Under the pieces are notes generated by a model. It searched no databases and was not told the DNA's origin. It saw only the letters and a list, made by a program, of their open reading frames with translations. Positions 1 through 15,213 of a stretch of 64,000 bases of DNA are shown here, piece by piece. The stretch spans positions 274,660,001 through 274,724,000 of the forward strand of contig OZ024743.1 in assembly GCA_964016885.1 (NCBI GenBank), read 5' to 3'. A program made the translations under genes and the position numbers. Positions within the stretch are counted from its first letter, which is position 1; each line of letters starts with the position of its first letter. Source of the stretch: Eledone cirrhosa. Lineage: Eukaryota.

Positions 1-92
1 ATATATATAGATATATATATATATATATATAGATATTTCGTTTCTGAATTTGTTTAGCAAGATTCTTTATCTGAAATCGTGTGTTGAAACCG

Positions 93-284
93 ATATTGTT
101 ATACTTTGGGAGGGTCATGTTGCCAATAAGAAACACACGCACCAGTTGCTTTCACTTCAATTTAATTTAATATATATTTATAAATTTATAAATTTATAAA
201 TATATATTAAATTAAATTGAAGTGAAAGCAACTGGTGCGTGTGTTTCTTATTGGCAACATGACCCTCCCAAAGTATAACAATAT
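93..284. repeat. Near-perfect ~190-bp palindrome (fold-back element) between (TA)n tracts
   Basis: atattgttatactttgggagggtcatgttgcc...ggcaacatgaccctcccaaagtataacaatat. Confidence 0.85.
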
Positions 285-288
285 ATAT

Positions 289-361
<73 letters not shown>

Positions 362-366
362 TAGAT

Positions 367-423
<57 letters not shown>

Positions 424-432
424 TAGATAGAT

Positions 433-543
<111 letters not shown>

Positions 544-595
544 GAGAGAGAGAACTGGATGGTTGCAGAGAGAAAATTTGCTTCGAAGTCGCTAG

Positions 596-688
596 GCGCA
601 TCTGAGGAACTTGCGAATCCAGAGTCAGGTTCGATCCGCAAATAGATCGTACCTCGAGCTGTTCGCCGGAGAAACAATTGTAATACGT
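596..688 (+). ncRNA. Putative type I hammerhead ribozyme with large stem II
   Basis: gcgcat-CTGAGGA-(long stem II incl. ttgcgaatc/gatccgcaa)-GAAA-caattg-TA^atacgt; palindromic stem III ACAATTGT. Confidence 0.6.
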
Positions 689-729
689 AATAAACTGTGT
701 TTCGATGCATCACTGTTTCTTCGTTTTCC

Positions 730-776
<47 letters not shown>

Positions 777-1691
777 AAAGTAAATAACAACAAGGAGTAC
801 AATTACGAAAGGTGTTAGGTATTAGGTTCACGCTTGAGATAGGGCGGGGGGGGGGGCTGTATATTTATATATATCCCTCTAAAAATCGGCTATCGTAGCT
901 ATGGTTCAGCTCCAACTCAATGAGAAGCTATGGAATGAGTGATGGATGAGAATAAGACCAACTGTTGTTATTAAAGGGTTGATATATAATTAATTGAATT
1001 AATTGTTTACCTTTTACATGGCATAGCCAGAGTATGAGGGCATTACCCATGTCCTTTTCCAGGAGCTCTATGACTGATGAGAGAAAAGAATGACATTCTC
1101 TTTAGAGCTGAGACATGGGCAGAATGATTGCAATAGTGTGAACTCCGCTAAAAGTATCCAGTGAACAGGCCTGGGTGTTAAACTTTATGTAAGGTTAAGT
1201 CTACTATTATTAGTACAATTTTAAAGTAAGTCCCGGAATATGGGGGTACTCAGTAACAGCGTTGATTAATCAAGAAAATATAAATAAAATACAATAGTTT
1301 GAGGTGAGGAGAAGAAAAATGACGTTTCGGGCAATTGTCCTTTTTCGTATAGATAAAGCTATCTGTATGCCAGTATCACGGTCCCTAACATTATTTCATT
1401 AGACGCAAAAGAGATGAAAACACATTCGATATCTGAAGATCTAGGTTGTTAAACTTAGAAGTTATTTGATCTTGGTTTCACAGCCCTTTAATGTTTGTCC
1501 ATTAATTTGGGCCAGGTATTTATTTATAATAGCTATGCTCGTCTAACTTATTTGTTTGTTTGTCTGTGCATCGACCACACATAGTATTCTGTCTCCCGCG
1601 TTGTTCCCCTCTTCTCAACAACGCCTTCATACTGTCTCATTTGTTCGTGTTTTGTCGCATTGTTCACTCGACTCTCTCGCTTTTGACTTAC

Positions 1692-1759
<68 letters not shown>

Positions 1760-1782
1760 TGTGTGTGTGTGTATATATATGA

Positions 1783-1927
1783 AACATTCGGGACCCCGAT
1801 GGCTGAGCTCCTGCCGTTTCAAGAGCCGTCAGGATCCCGAATTGTTCATATTACCCAATCTACTACTATCAAGTATCGAGTACTCTGGTGAATAATGGTC
1901 TAACTGGTTTCTACCACTTCCTTTCTA
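1783..1927. mobile_element. Family B copy
   Basis: gggaccccgatggctgagctcctgccgtttc and ttacccaatctactactatcaagtatcgagtactctggtg. Confidence 0.65.
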
Positions 1928-1945
1928 ATATATATATATATATAA

Positions 1946-1983
<38 letters not shown>

Positions 1984-1984
1984 A

Positions 1985-2166
1985 TAATAATTGTTTCTAC
2001 TTTAGGCACAAAGCCAGCAATTACCCAGTGCATTACTGGTACTTTATTTTATGGACCCCGTAAGGATGAAAGGCAAAGTAAACCTCGGCGGGATTTGAAC
2101 TCAGATCGTAAAGGGACGTAACTATGCTGGAAAGCATGGCGTCCGACCCTCTACCGATACTGCCAA
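1985..2166 (-). mobile_element. SINE family 1 copy
   Basis: Homologous to 36078-36272. Confidence 0.85.
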
Positions 2167-2998
2167 ATAATGTGTGTGTGTTGGTTATAGGTTAGTGGAG
2201 AGGTAGATAGAGAAGTTTATCTTACCCAGGCCACTACTGCTGATTTTATCTTTACTGCTGAAGATAATGAAGGGGATTATATGTAAACCCTATGGATTTC
2301 ATTTTGTTGTCATTACTGCTGCTGTTGTTGCTGCTGCTATTGCTACTGTTGTTGCTGCTGCTTTTGCTGCTGTTGTTGCTGCTGTTATTGCTGCTGTTGT
2401 TGCTTGTGTTAGTTTTGCTTTTGTTTTCTTATGTTTAGTTTTGTTATTGGTGGCGGTAGAGGTGGTGATAACGGCGGTGTTGGTTTTTGTGGTGAGATTG
2501 TTGCTGTTGTATGTATGTATCCCTGTATATATATATATGTATCATCATTATTCTTATCGTAATCATCATTGCTTTTAGCTTTGCTTTTCATGCTGGCATT
2601 GTCCAATGAAGAGGTTTGGAAGCAGTGTTCTAAGATTAAACACACTTCCTGAAGCCAACCTTTTAGTCGCCTCTTAAGACACACGGATATATGATGTAGC
2701 TCTTCTAAAAACCGGGCTTTATATATAAATATATATATATATAAATACATACATATATATTTATATACATATATATATATACATACATATATATATATAT
2801 TTATATAGATATATATACATATATATAAATACATACATATATATAAATACATGCATACATATACATATATTTATATAGATATATATACATATATATAAAT
2901 ACATACATATATATAAATACATGCATACATATACATATATTTATATAGATATATATACATATATATAAATACATACATATATATAAATACATGCATAC

Positions 2999-3050
<52 letters not shown>

Positions 3051-4766
3051 TAGCGAGAATCGTATTTCGGCTTTGGAAATTAGCGAAAAACAACTTCCGA
3101 GATGTGTGGCAAGCGCTCAATAATTCTAACGGACCACAGCTACAACATACGTTAAAAGGCCAAACACACTGAGATGATGGTTAAACCATTATCCGCACAG
3201 CCATAGAAACGACCAAGTAATTCGGGTCAAACAAATAAAAAAATATATGATTGAAAAATTTACCCGGACCCCTGGTTGGTAAAAATCCAGCATTTGGGTT
3301 TCTGCGACTCCTAAATCAAGTACTGTCCGCTTAGACAAATAATGTTAGGCTTCTGGTAAGATGATTGAACAAGGAAATCACTTTCTCAACAGGCTTTTAG
3401 TTCAAGTGCCAGGCTAAGGATTGACCGTTACCAATACCCACGTGGGGCTCGACAAGGGAGGCAACCCTTATTTTTGGCGGATGAATTCAGTATGTGTATA
3501 TTATTGCAAAATTGCAAAATATCACAAAAAGAATTAAGTTCTCAACAGATATATATATTCGTATTGTCGTGAATGTATGTGAGTATTTATGGGTGCGTGT
3601 TTGTATGTGCACGATTGTGTTAGTTGTGTGTGGCTCTAAGCGTTTCCGAATGTGTTTGCATGTGTGCATGTATGTCTATAAACATGTGTAGATGAATGTG
3701 TAGATGTCTATAAACATGTGTAGATGAACTTTATTCATTCCAGCAATAGCACCATCCTAAGCATAGTGATTCAAAAATAAATTTTCTTTGGAAAAAATAC
3801 AAAAGAAGCAAAACAAATCCCCTGTACATGTCTAGGCAGCACCGATCATATTACATAGATTGTACGGGGGAACGAGAGATACGAAGAGATAAAAAAAAAA
3901 TATGGAGATGATGGACAAAAAGATAGGCAGGCAGGCAGACAGACAGAATTTTACAGATAGATGGGATGGACTACCGTCGGTTTCAACGGTGGGTGTTACA
4001 ATTGTTCGATGAACATCTTGCTTGTGAAATAAACGTATAAGAGGCTAAGCATTCCATAAACACGTGTAGCCTTTACGTAATTTTCAGAGAGTATTCAGCG
4101 TTACAGTGCATGACAAAGTGGTCATTTGAAATACAGGTAGAGTCTATCCGACGAGCTTCCAAACTGTTTCCTTCAACTCAATTTATTGCACAAGTCGTGG
4201 TGGTCTCGTGGCTATTGTAAATGACACTTGCATAAGACACCACTAACTTGATTCGCACCTAGGATCTAGTGGTTGCGATGCACAGCTCTTAACCATTTAA
4301 CCATGCTCCTTTCACAGAAATATAATATTATAGAATTTACTGATAGAATTTTACAGATAGACTTCGTTTTATGAGCACAACTAGACAAACCGAAATGTTC
4401 AGGCAATTATCAGATATAAAAAGAATGAAGTTTAGTATAGAAATAAAGAAGTGTGCGGGGAGTTATTTGACCGGCCAAAATAGTGACGTAATGGCGACGT
4501 AATGGCGGAAAAGAGATTGGCGCGAATTATGCATTAAACTTCAGACGTGTCAGTAAAAGTGATGGATTCAATAGACATAACACAAACATGGCGACATTAT
4601 CTCTTTTATTTACATATCTTGTTTGTGTTGTTTATTTGTTTGTTTTTTGTTTGGCTTTGGTTTGCGTTTTAATTTGGGTTTTGTTTTCATTTAATTATGG
4701 TATAAGCACTTTTGATTATGTGTATGCATATCACAAACACGTACATAAACAAAACACACATAAACA

Positions 4767-5697
<931 letters not shown>

Positions 5698-7407
5698 GTG
5701 TGTCTGTATGTGTATGCGGGTGCGTGTGCCCATATGATTGTGCATGTGTGTGTGAGGCGTTAGCATTTCAGCATAAAATTTGCATATATATGCTGACTGA
5801 GGGAGAAGTCATGTTTAATGCATCATTCTTGAAAACACCCATGAGATAGCCTCTTGCTTTGCACAGTAGTTCATGTTGTTATTTATTGCAGTTAATGTTG
5901 TTGTTGTCATTGTCGACGTTGTTGTAATCGTTGTTGTCTCCATCGTCGTTGCTGTTATTGTTGTTTTTGTATTTGTGTTGTTATTGTCATTGTTGTTGCT
6001 GTCGTCTTAGATATATATATATTTTTTTTTATCGTTGTCGTTGATGTTCTCTTTGTTGTTGTTGTTGATGTTTTTATTGTGATTACAGTTCCTGTTGTTC
6101 CTTTTGTTGTTGCCGTTGTTGTTGTTGTCGTCATCGTCGTCATCGTGGTCGTAATCATATATATTCCTGTCAGTTTTGCTCTCACACTAAACTTATTTCA
6201 CGGAAATAGCCAATGGAACTGCTCGAAGTAAACCATGTGTTTGCAGTTTTATGTTCATGTGACTGACACATACCTGGTGCACAAGGAATTTATATCTGCA
6301 TAACAGGATAGCCAAAATACGACAACGGTGAAGATAATGATGATGACGACGACGACGACGGCGAGGAGGAGGAGGACAATTACGATAATGATGATTATGG
6401 TGGTGCTGGTTTCTAATTTAGGCACGCGATCAGCCATTTGGAAGGAGGAGAAAACCGATTATATCGACTTCGGTACTTAATGGCATATATAAAGAAACCA
6501 TTAGAATAAAGAAACCATTATATTTTATATACCTCGGAAAGATGAAGTTGACTTCGGCGGTAATTGAACTCAGAACATAAGGAGCCGAAATACATACCGC
6601 ATAGCATTTTGTCTGGCGATCTAATGATTCTGCCAATTCACTACTTTTTAAAAAGGAAATCTCTAAATACGTGAAACCAACACTAGAAACTGAACTGGGG
6701 AGCTCTCGATCAATAATAATATTCTTGTGCTTGTTTTACTCATTAGACTGCGACCAGGATTTAGTGGATCATATTAAATCCAGTATTTATGTTTTTCATG
6801 TTTGGGACTTATTTTATCGATCTCTATTTGTCGAACTGCTAAATTACTAAACATAGACACATACACAAACGTAAACATAGATACGAACACACGCGTATAA
6901 ACAGATAAACTGATCACCGGTTTGCATCTGGAAAGTTCCTTTCTAAGATACAAGCCTAGGTAAGACGTTTTGTGCAAGAGCAGCCGGCATCCATGTATGC
7001 CACTCTCCTCTCTCCACACAATAGATGTCATCTAATGGAAAGTCAAAGGCTTGCCACCAGTGTCATCGCAACCAATTTTTTCAGCAGTTGGGTGGACTGG
7101 AGTAATGTGTAATAAAGTGCCTTGCTCAAAGACACAACCCACCGCTATATTAGGGATTCTAACTCATGATTTTACGATCGCGGGTCCACCACTAAAGCCT
7201 CAAAGCCAGGTATCTTCAGCAACAACCGGAACAGCAGTAATAAAAGTTAAGAGTAAATTAACTCTTATCGTCCTGCACCACACGAAGTCACATTAGCAAG
7301 ACATTTTTTAAAAGTACAAAACAGCATTATGGCTGCAACACATAAAAAAATGATAGTCCTTACTATAATACTGCAAATGTTCACAACAATTTGTCACCTA
7401 GTAAATA

Positions 7408-7628
7408 CAGGGTGAGTCATAAGTAACCGGAAAGTCAATGCATTTTTATTGCAAGATTCAGATAACCTTTTGAACATCCACTTATTTGTGCGATCAGCCT
7501 TGGTTATATTTTTTAACTATTTTTTGTTTGGTGTATTTATAATTACGTAATGTATTACCAGAATTTTAGTAAATATTATCATATGGAATATATATGTTGG
7601 ATTGTCCTGTTACTTATGACTCACATTG
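7408..7628. mobile_element. Tc1/mariner-type MITE
   Basis: TIRs cagggtgagtcataagtaac / gttacttatgactcacattg; TA on both sides. Confidence 0.8.
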
Positions 7629-7909
7629 TATTTTATAAACATTTGAATTAGCAGACCAGATTTTAAATATTTTCTGCTAGATCATTACAGAATGTCAAGA
7701 GTTAAATAGAAAGAAAGAATGCAAGTTAGCAATGGAAGTTATTGGGAAAATGTCAAATTTTAAGTCTCGAAGTAAAGTTACATGCTTGATAGATGAGTTC
7801 GATTAATGAGAGTGACATAAACAAGCGCAAATATTTCCATGAAGTCGCTATATAATGCACGTGAAATTATGTACACAGAAAATATAAATATATACAAGAA
7901 CGAAGTGTG

Positions 7910-7942
<33 letters not shown>

Positions 7943-9490
7943 TTTGAAATGTGCGTATGGGCATTTGTATATTTGGTTAGTGTATGAGCGGATGTGTGAG
8001 AAATATTTCTGTAAAATGTGTGTATGTGAATCAGTTTACTATGTGTGGATGTTTGTGAGTGTGTATGTATATGTATGTGTGTTTATTGTGTGTGTGAGTG
8101 TCAGAACCTGGAGAATGAGAGTGTATATGTGAGTATGTGTATCATACACAGTTCACTGTGTGTGGATTTTTGTGAGTATGTATGTATGTATTTATTGTGT
8201 GTGGGTGTGTGACAGAGCGGGGAGGATGAGCGTGTATATGTGTGCATGCACAGTTAATCTTGATATAAATTAAATGTGTGTACAGTCACACAACTAAATA
8301 TACTGAAGAAATTCTACACATTGAGATCTTAAAGTTTCATGTGTTACACACTCAATAATCCGTGGTGGAAGAGAGTTCTTATAGTCATACATATTAAATT
8401 TACCAATACAAATCAATAAAGAAATATGCAGGCATGTGTATGTATGTATGTATGTATGTATGTATGTATGTATGTATGTATGTATGTATGTTTGTATATA
8501 TGTATATATGAATGTATGTATGCATGCATGTATGTGTGTGTGTATGTATGCGTATATGTGTGCATGGGTGTGTATGTATGTATGTATGTATGCGCGGGAA
8601 TATGAAATATTCGGTTTGGTGCCAGGTGCGTGGTTAGAGGCCCCTGATCTCATAGGACATCATCCTATGAGAAAGAAAACTGATGTAAAACCCCCGACTC
8701 AGTGGCAGCCATTGATGTTAAACTGTTCTTCTTTTTCGATACCTATCCCCAGCCAGTACAAGGCTTTCCTTCACTTAAAAAAGCTTCAAGTTCATGCATC
8801 ACTTGGTCTAAATGTCTTACACGCTTGTTGCATGAGCATGCCTGACCATAGCTGAAAAGGGCCTTTTATTTTTGCTACAGAATATGTTGCAAGAAAGTGC
8901 TTGGTAGGGCTAGAAAGTCTTGTTCGTGCCAGCCATGTCTGTGAAAATGATCAAGTGATGGCAATTCTCGAAATAGAGATGCAGCCATTATGTGTGTATG
9001 TATGTACGTACGTAGGAATATGTATGTATGTATGTAAGAATATGTATGTGTGTATGTATGCATGTAAGTATGTATGCATGTAAGAATATGTAACTATATA
9101 TGTATGTATGCATGCATGTATATATGTATGTATGCATATATGTATTATGCCTGAATGTATGTATGTACGTATGTATGTACGTGTATGCATGTATATAAGT
9201 AAGAATGTATATATACCTGTATAATTCAATGTACATGTGTATACATGTAGCCGTGTGTAAGTATGTTTGGATATTTACATATATGTGCTTTTTAGGCTAA
9301 TGAAAAATATTGGCGCCAAGAAAGGTTTCTCCCATAAAAGAATTCATCCAAAAGTGTTCCCTAAAATGATGTCCAAAGGCGGACATAAAATATTGATAAG
9401 GAGGTGCAGACGGATATATATGTATAAGTCTGTGTGTGATTCTGTGTGTGTGTGGAATGCTCATAAGTCTTTAGGACATCTGTACGAGTA

Positions 9491-9591
<101 letters not shown>

Positions 9592-9734
9592 GTGAGGTTT
9601 TTTTTACAAAATGAAAAATAACCGAGGTGTCCTACACGAGTGAAAGTATAAAGAAAAAGAGATGAAATCGAAAATGTAACTGGAGTCTTATTTTTTTTTT
9701 TTTTTTTTAAATTTATATATTTATTTGGTTCCTT

Positions 9735-9784
9735 AAAAATATGGAACGCTTCACGAATTTGCGTGTCATCCTTGCGCATGGGCC

Positions 9785-9817
<33 letters not shown>

Positions 9818-9841
9818 AATATGTACTGCCGTAACTAGTAC
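9735..9841 (-). ncRNA. U6: Full-length (107 nt) U6 snRNA retrocopy, probably a pseudogene
   Basis: Minus strand reads GTACTAGTTACGGCAGTACATATTCTAAAATTGGAACGATACAGAGAAGATTAGCATGGCCCATGCGCAAGGATGACACGCAAATTCGTGAAGCGTTCCATATTTTT, with the ACAGAGA box, ISL and 5' stem. Its upstream flank is an inverted U6 fragment, not a promoter. Confidence 0.95.
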
Positions 9842-9844
9842 GTA

Positions 9845-9885
9845 GCAAGGATGACACGCAAATTCGTGAAGCGTTCCATATTTTT
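9845..9885 (+). ncRNA. U6: Inverted 3' fragment of U6 snRNA
   Basis: gcaaggatgacacgcaaattcgtgaagcgttccatattttt; reverse complement of 9735-9775. Confidence 0.93.
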
Positions 9886-9958
9886 AAGGAACCAAATAAA
9901 TATATATATTTTTTTAAAAAATAAGACTCCAGTTGCATTTTCGATTTCATCTCTTTTT

Positions 9959-10006
<48 letters not shown>

Positions 10007-10012
<6 letters not shown>

Positions 10013-10224
10013 AAAAAAAGATGAAATCGAAAATGCAACTGGAGTCTTATTTTTTTTTTAATATATATATTTATTTGGTTCCTTTACCGGTTTCGCAGTT
10101 CTTCTGTGAAACCGGTATATATATATTTTTTTTAAATAAGACTCCAGTTGCATTTTCGATTTCATCCTTTTTTCTTTATACTTTCACTCGTGTAGGGCAC
10201 CTCGGTTATTTTTCATTCTGTAAA

Positions 10225-10225
<1 letters not shown>
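10007..10225. mobile_element. Family C fold-back element in (TA)n with partial hammerhead at the centre
   Basis: Same tail as 9585-9962. The centre taccggtttc-gcagttcttctgt-gaaaccggta corresponds to HHR stem II, GAAA and stem III. Confidence 0.8.
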
Positions 10226-10313
<88 letters not shown>

Positions 10314-11605
10314 TTATATACATACTTACTTACATACAAACAGGCAGACAGACAGAGATGCAGACAAATCAAATATACGTACGTACATACATATATATGA
10401 GCAGATTATTATAAAATCATGATCCTTCCAATAACACTAAGTCCCAATATAGATAGCACTTAAAACTCTTAAAAACAGCACCAGTCTTTGTGTCTTCATA
10501 TTCGTGTTAAGTACAATCTGTTAAGTGCTAAAATCATGATCCTTCAATATTTACACATTTCTTTCGTCTAGTGTCTAATTCTAAGTATACTTTCGTATAA
10601 CAAAGATCTTCATTGTCTACAATTTCTCTGAATAAAAAGTATTTAATTTACAGCTCACTCGTTTGTAGGTTTAGATTACTACAAGCAAAAATACATCTCC
10701 TAGGAGGTTTCTCTGGTGTTTTAATGATAGGGACCACAGTCCTGCCATGAAAGCAAATCTGTGAATGACCAGCAGTTACCCCTCCATAACAGTCACTCAT
10801 TCTTTATGTAGCTCAGTGAACTGGCGTCTTACCAAAGAATACAAAGTGTCGCCAGGTTCAGGAATTGAAGCCAAGACCTAATGATAGTGTTCATCAACCC
10901 TAACCCCTAAGCCATGTACCTTCACCTTCTTGCAGTGTTTCTCTTATAAATAGAATGTAAACAACATATAAATAGAATGTCAACAACTTACGTATATATT
11001 ATTTTTGATAACAACCACAAAGGAAGACCATTGAAGTGAAGTCTGGCGATCGCAGTAGTGGCCATTGTGATGGCTCTCTTAGGGCCAGATGCTCACATCA
11101 TTTGTTCTAAGTCTTTGTCTCCTGAGGTCAAATCCCGTATAGAAATTTGAATTCCACTTATGGCCTCTCGCACACTGAGGGAACACATCAAACTAGGCCA
11201 TAGCTGACTAGGACATCAGCATCTTTTTGCAATCGGACAGGCTTCAGATCTTGTCAATGCAGATGTATCGTTGATTCAGGGATTTGAAAGACCAAGCAGT
11301 GAGGTGATTGAGCTCAGGGCTCTGTCTTCACACTAATCAAACTCACTATAGATTAACACCAAGAGTTGGATACGTCACCAACAAGGACCAAAGACCAACA
11401 GAGACGTCATCGTTATGTTAACAATAATCTAATAGTAATTTGTAAAGATTACGAAAAGGTCTTATATTCAGAGATGAGCAAGGCTGTGGTTAAGTCATTG
11501 ATTCTGGATTCATTCCAGTTGCGTACCACCTTGGGCAAGTATCTTCTACTATAGCCTTGATTGATGAATGCCTTGTGAGTAGAATTTGGTACAATTGTGA
11601 GTAGA

Positions 11606-12165
<560 letters not shown>

Positions 12166-12176
12166 ACCTAATAACC

Positions 12177-12227
<51 letters not shown>

Positions 12228-13137
12228 ACGTTTGTGACTGTCCCTGATTATGACCATAACTTTACGATTCAAAAAACAGATCGATAAAGTACCAGACTTT
12301 AAAAAATAAATGCTGGAGTCGATTAGATCAACCAGATCAAAGTGGCGCCCTAGCATGCCCACTGTCTACTGGCTTAAATAAGTAAAGGAGTAAAAGAATT
12401 AAGGATATATTTAATCTTAAGCACATGTGACATCGATGTAGTTGATGTTCGAGATTGAGTTGGAATACAATTCTTGAGCTTTGCAGACCTGGGGATTTGG
12501 TGATTAGGAAAGTGTTTAGTGAAGTATTCAGGTGAAGGTGAACAGTGTTTTACTTGCAAATGAAGGAGGAAGGAAGAGCTGGTTGCACGGGTTTCAGCGG
12601 GGAGAGTATCCAAGCTGCTAATTCAGTAGACCAAACCTTTTTTACTGAATGAAAAACAAAAATAGTTGAGGTAGACAAGTAACGTTGATCCCGATCAAAT
12701 TTGAACTCAGAAAAAATAAAATAAAATACAAGCTCTCACCGTATATTGAGTACTGAAAAATAGTCAAAATAATTAGGGCCTATGAACACCATAACAGAAT
12801 AAAATGAGTATGAGCATGTGTGGGAATCGAACCCCATTATCATCGTATTCTAGTTCACACGGGATTAAATATTTGTCGCTATTAACTTTACAGCTTCTAA
12901 ACTGAACGGAGGAAAAATCGGGTGAGGATGTTGGTGTAATTGGTTTAGCATATTTATCGCGAAAATAGGAGGTGTAGGTTCGAATCCTATTTTCGCGATC
13001 AGTCAACTCATACACACTTCCGTTCTCAGCAGAGCCTGACCCGGGGTGTAAATCTGCTAGGTTAAACGCGCGTCCTCGAATTTGGTATGCTAATTTGTTG
13101 TGGAACTAACTCTCTCTCTCTATATATATATATATAA

Positions 13138-13325
13138 AACAAAAAGGGCGTGGTAAGATACCAGATGGACCATAACGCACCAGAGTACTCAATAGTTAGA
13201 GTAGTAGAGTGTGTAATAGGAAAAGAGTCAGGACCCCGACGGCTGAGCTCCGGCCGTTTCGACAGCTAGTTCGGATCTAGCTGTCGAAATGGCCGGAGCT
13301 CAGCCGTTGGGATCCTGACTCTTTT

Positions 13326-13329
<4 letters not shown>
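13138..13329. mobile_element. Family B fold-back element in (TA)n carrying a hammerhead 3' half
   Basis: ctgtc-GAAA-cggc cggagctca gccg-TC^ggggtc, with tail cttttcctattac..tattgagtactctggtgcgttatggtcc; centre gacagctagttcggatctagctgtc. Confidence 0.7.
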
Positions 13330-13395
<66 letters not shown>

Positions 13396-13398
<3 letters not shown>

Positions 13399-13865
13399 AG
13401 GAAGTTGTAGTTCACTTGAAGCATTGTGTAATGAGATATAAACGTTTGGAGTTGTAAGGCCAAGACAATGCAGGTATGGATATAGAATATAAATGCAAAT
13501 GCAAAAGATATTGTTGACAATTAGTCTTTTACCTTAAATTTATCTAAATATCCTTAATTTTCGAGATAATATCTCTTCTTCGGAGGGAAGTAAAGGGGTT
13601 AATCCAGTGTTCTAATTAGCTTGCCAAGTCATGCTGACAGGAAGTGGTATAGAGATATATACCATTTCCTGTCAGCATGACTTGGCAAGCTAATAAGAAC
13701 ACTGGATTAACCTCTTTACTTCTCTCCGAAGAAGAGATATTATCTCGAAAATTAAGGATAATTAAATAAATTTAAGGTAAAAGACTAATTGTCAACAATA
13801 TCTTTTTTATTTGCATTTATATTCTATATCCATACCTGCATTGTCTTGGCCTTACAACTCCAAAC

Positions 13866-13870
<5 letters not shown>
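13396..13870. mobile_element. Family D fold-back element in (TA)n with ~215-bp arms, each carrying a minimal HHR-like motif
   Basis: Arms 13437-13651 and 13660-13870. Motif cct-CCGAAGA-a-gagat att atctc-GAAA-at-TA^agg at 13551-13590(-), with a near-identical copy at 13721-13757(+). Confidence 0.7.
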
Positions 13871-13946
<76 letters not shown>

Positions 13947-15059
13947 ATATACATACACACTTATACATATGTACATATATACGTGTGTATATACGGGAAA
14001 AAACTGAATATGATATGATGAGTGTCTGTGTGTGTGTTTATGTGTGTGTAGCTTTGTTTAGAATGTATTGATTAAGCCGGTATAATGTGGATATGAAATT
14101 TAATGGTGAAACAAGAGTAAAGTAAACTATGAATGACAGTATATGTTTCATAATATTCATATAACCCGCCACGCCTGAAATAATACTCAAGCTATTATAT
14201 TATATCAACAATAACTGGTAATGATAATAAAATCAACAAAATAATATTACTTACTCAGAGATCTGTAAATGACACCATTAAGTACATCAGTAAAAATGTC
14301 CAAGATTTCTTCTTAGTATGGCAAGTGATACTTTCAAGAAAATGTTGTCTGAAATTCAACAAAAGAAAAAATAGGTTTAAAGATTCTGCATGTATCTTTA
14401 AATAATGCGGAGATGGTGGCGGGGAGGGGGTGTTCAAGTAGATTTACATGTAGAAGTATGTATAAGTGTTTTGTCGTATCCGTCTGTGTTTAAACACCAA
14501 GATAACTCTATTGACGATACTTAAAATAGACATAGGTGTGTGTGTGTGTGTGCGTGTGTTTGTATTTGGATGTGTGTATATATGTATATAATGAAGGTGC
14601 GTGGCTTAGTGGTTAAGTGTGTTCGGCTTGTGATCTTAAGGTCGTAAGTTCGAGTCCAAGCGGCGCGTTGTATCCTTGACTAATGTTCTTTATTTCACGT
14701 TACACCAGGCCACGAAGGAAAAAATGAAATGTTTCTGTGATTCAAAAGGTAAACCTTGTTGCAATGTGTGTACCGCTGAATCTTCCTGAGGTTTATGTTT
14801 ACTGTACAGATTTCTACGAGATGCTCAGTCACTTGCACGTTAATTTCGATAAATTCTACATCTGTAGAAGTCATTCCTATAATAAAATAAACATACTTAT
14901 TCTCAGCTAACATATTTGTGGTCACCTTCCGATATACATCGGGAATCCACCTGTGTATATATGGACCTCAAAACGTACAGCGACACATTAATACAGCCGA
15001 CTAATCACCCTTACTTTACTCTTATACCTACAGTGGGGGCAACAAGGAATCCTTTATGG

Positions 15060-15213
15060 CAGTCATGGGCAATGTGTGGACCGCGATCCACATGCGGTCC
15101 GTTTGGCTTTCTGAATGGCACGCCTAATTTCAAAATTGCCTTGAATTTGCTAGTAGTGCGGCCCACCTTATGATGACCCATATCCACTGCTTCAAAAAGC
15201 TTGCCCATGCTTG
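15060..15213. mobile_element. hAT-type MITE
   Basis: TIRs cagtcatgggcaa / ttgcccatgcttg; 8-bp TSD ctttatgg (15052-59, 15214-21). Confidence 0.85.

Noticed and set aside
3160-3232. Hammerhead-like ctgagatga..gaaac..gtc
   Set aside because: The core spacing is wrong and stems I and III are unconvincing.
9735-9841. Functional U6 gene
   Set aside because: The upstream sequence is an inverted U6 fragment and element tail, leaving no plausible PSE/TATA promoter; the context is a retroposed repeat.
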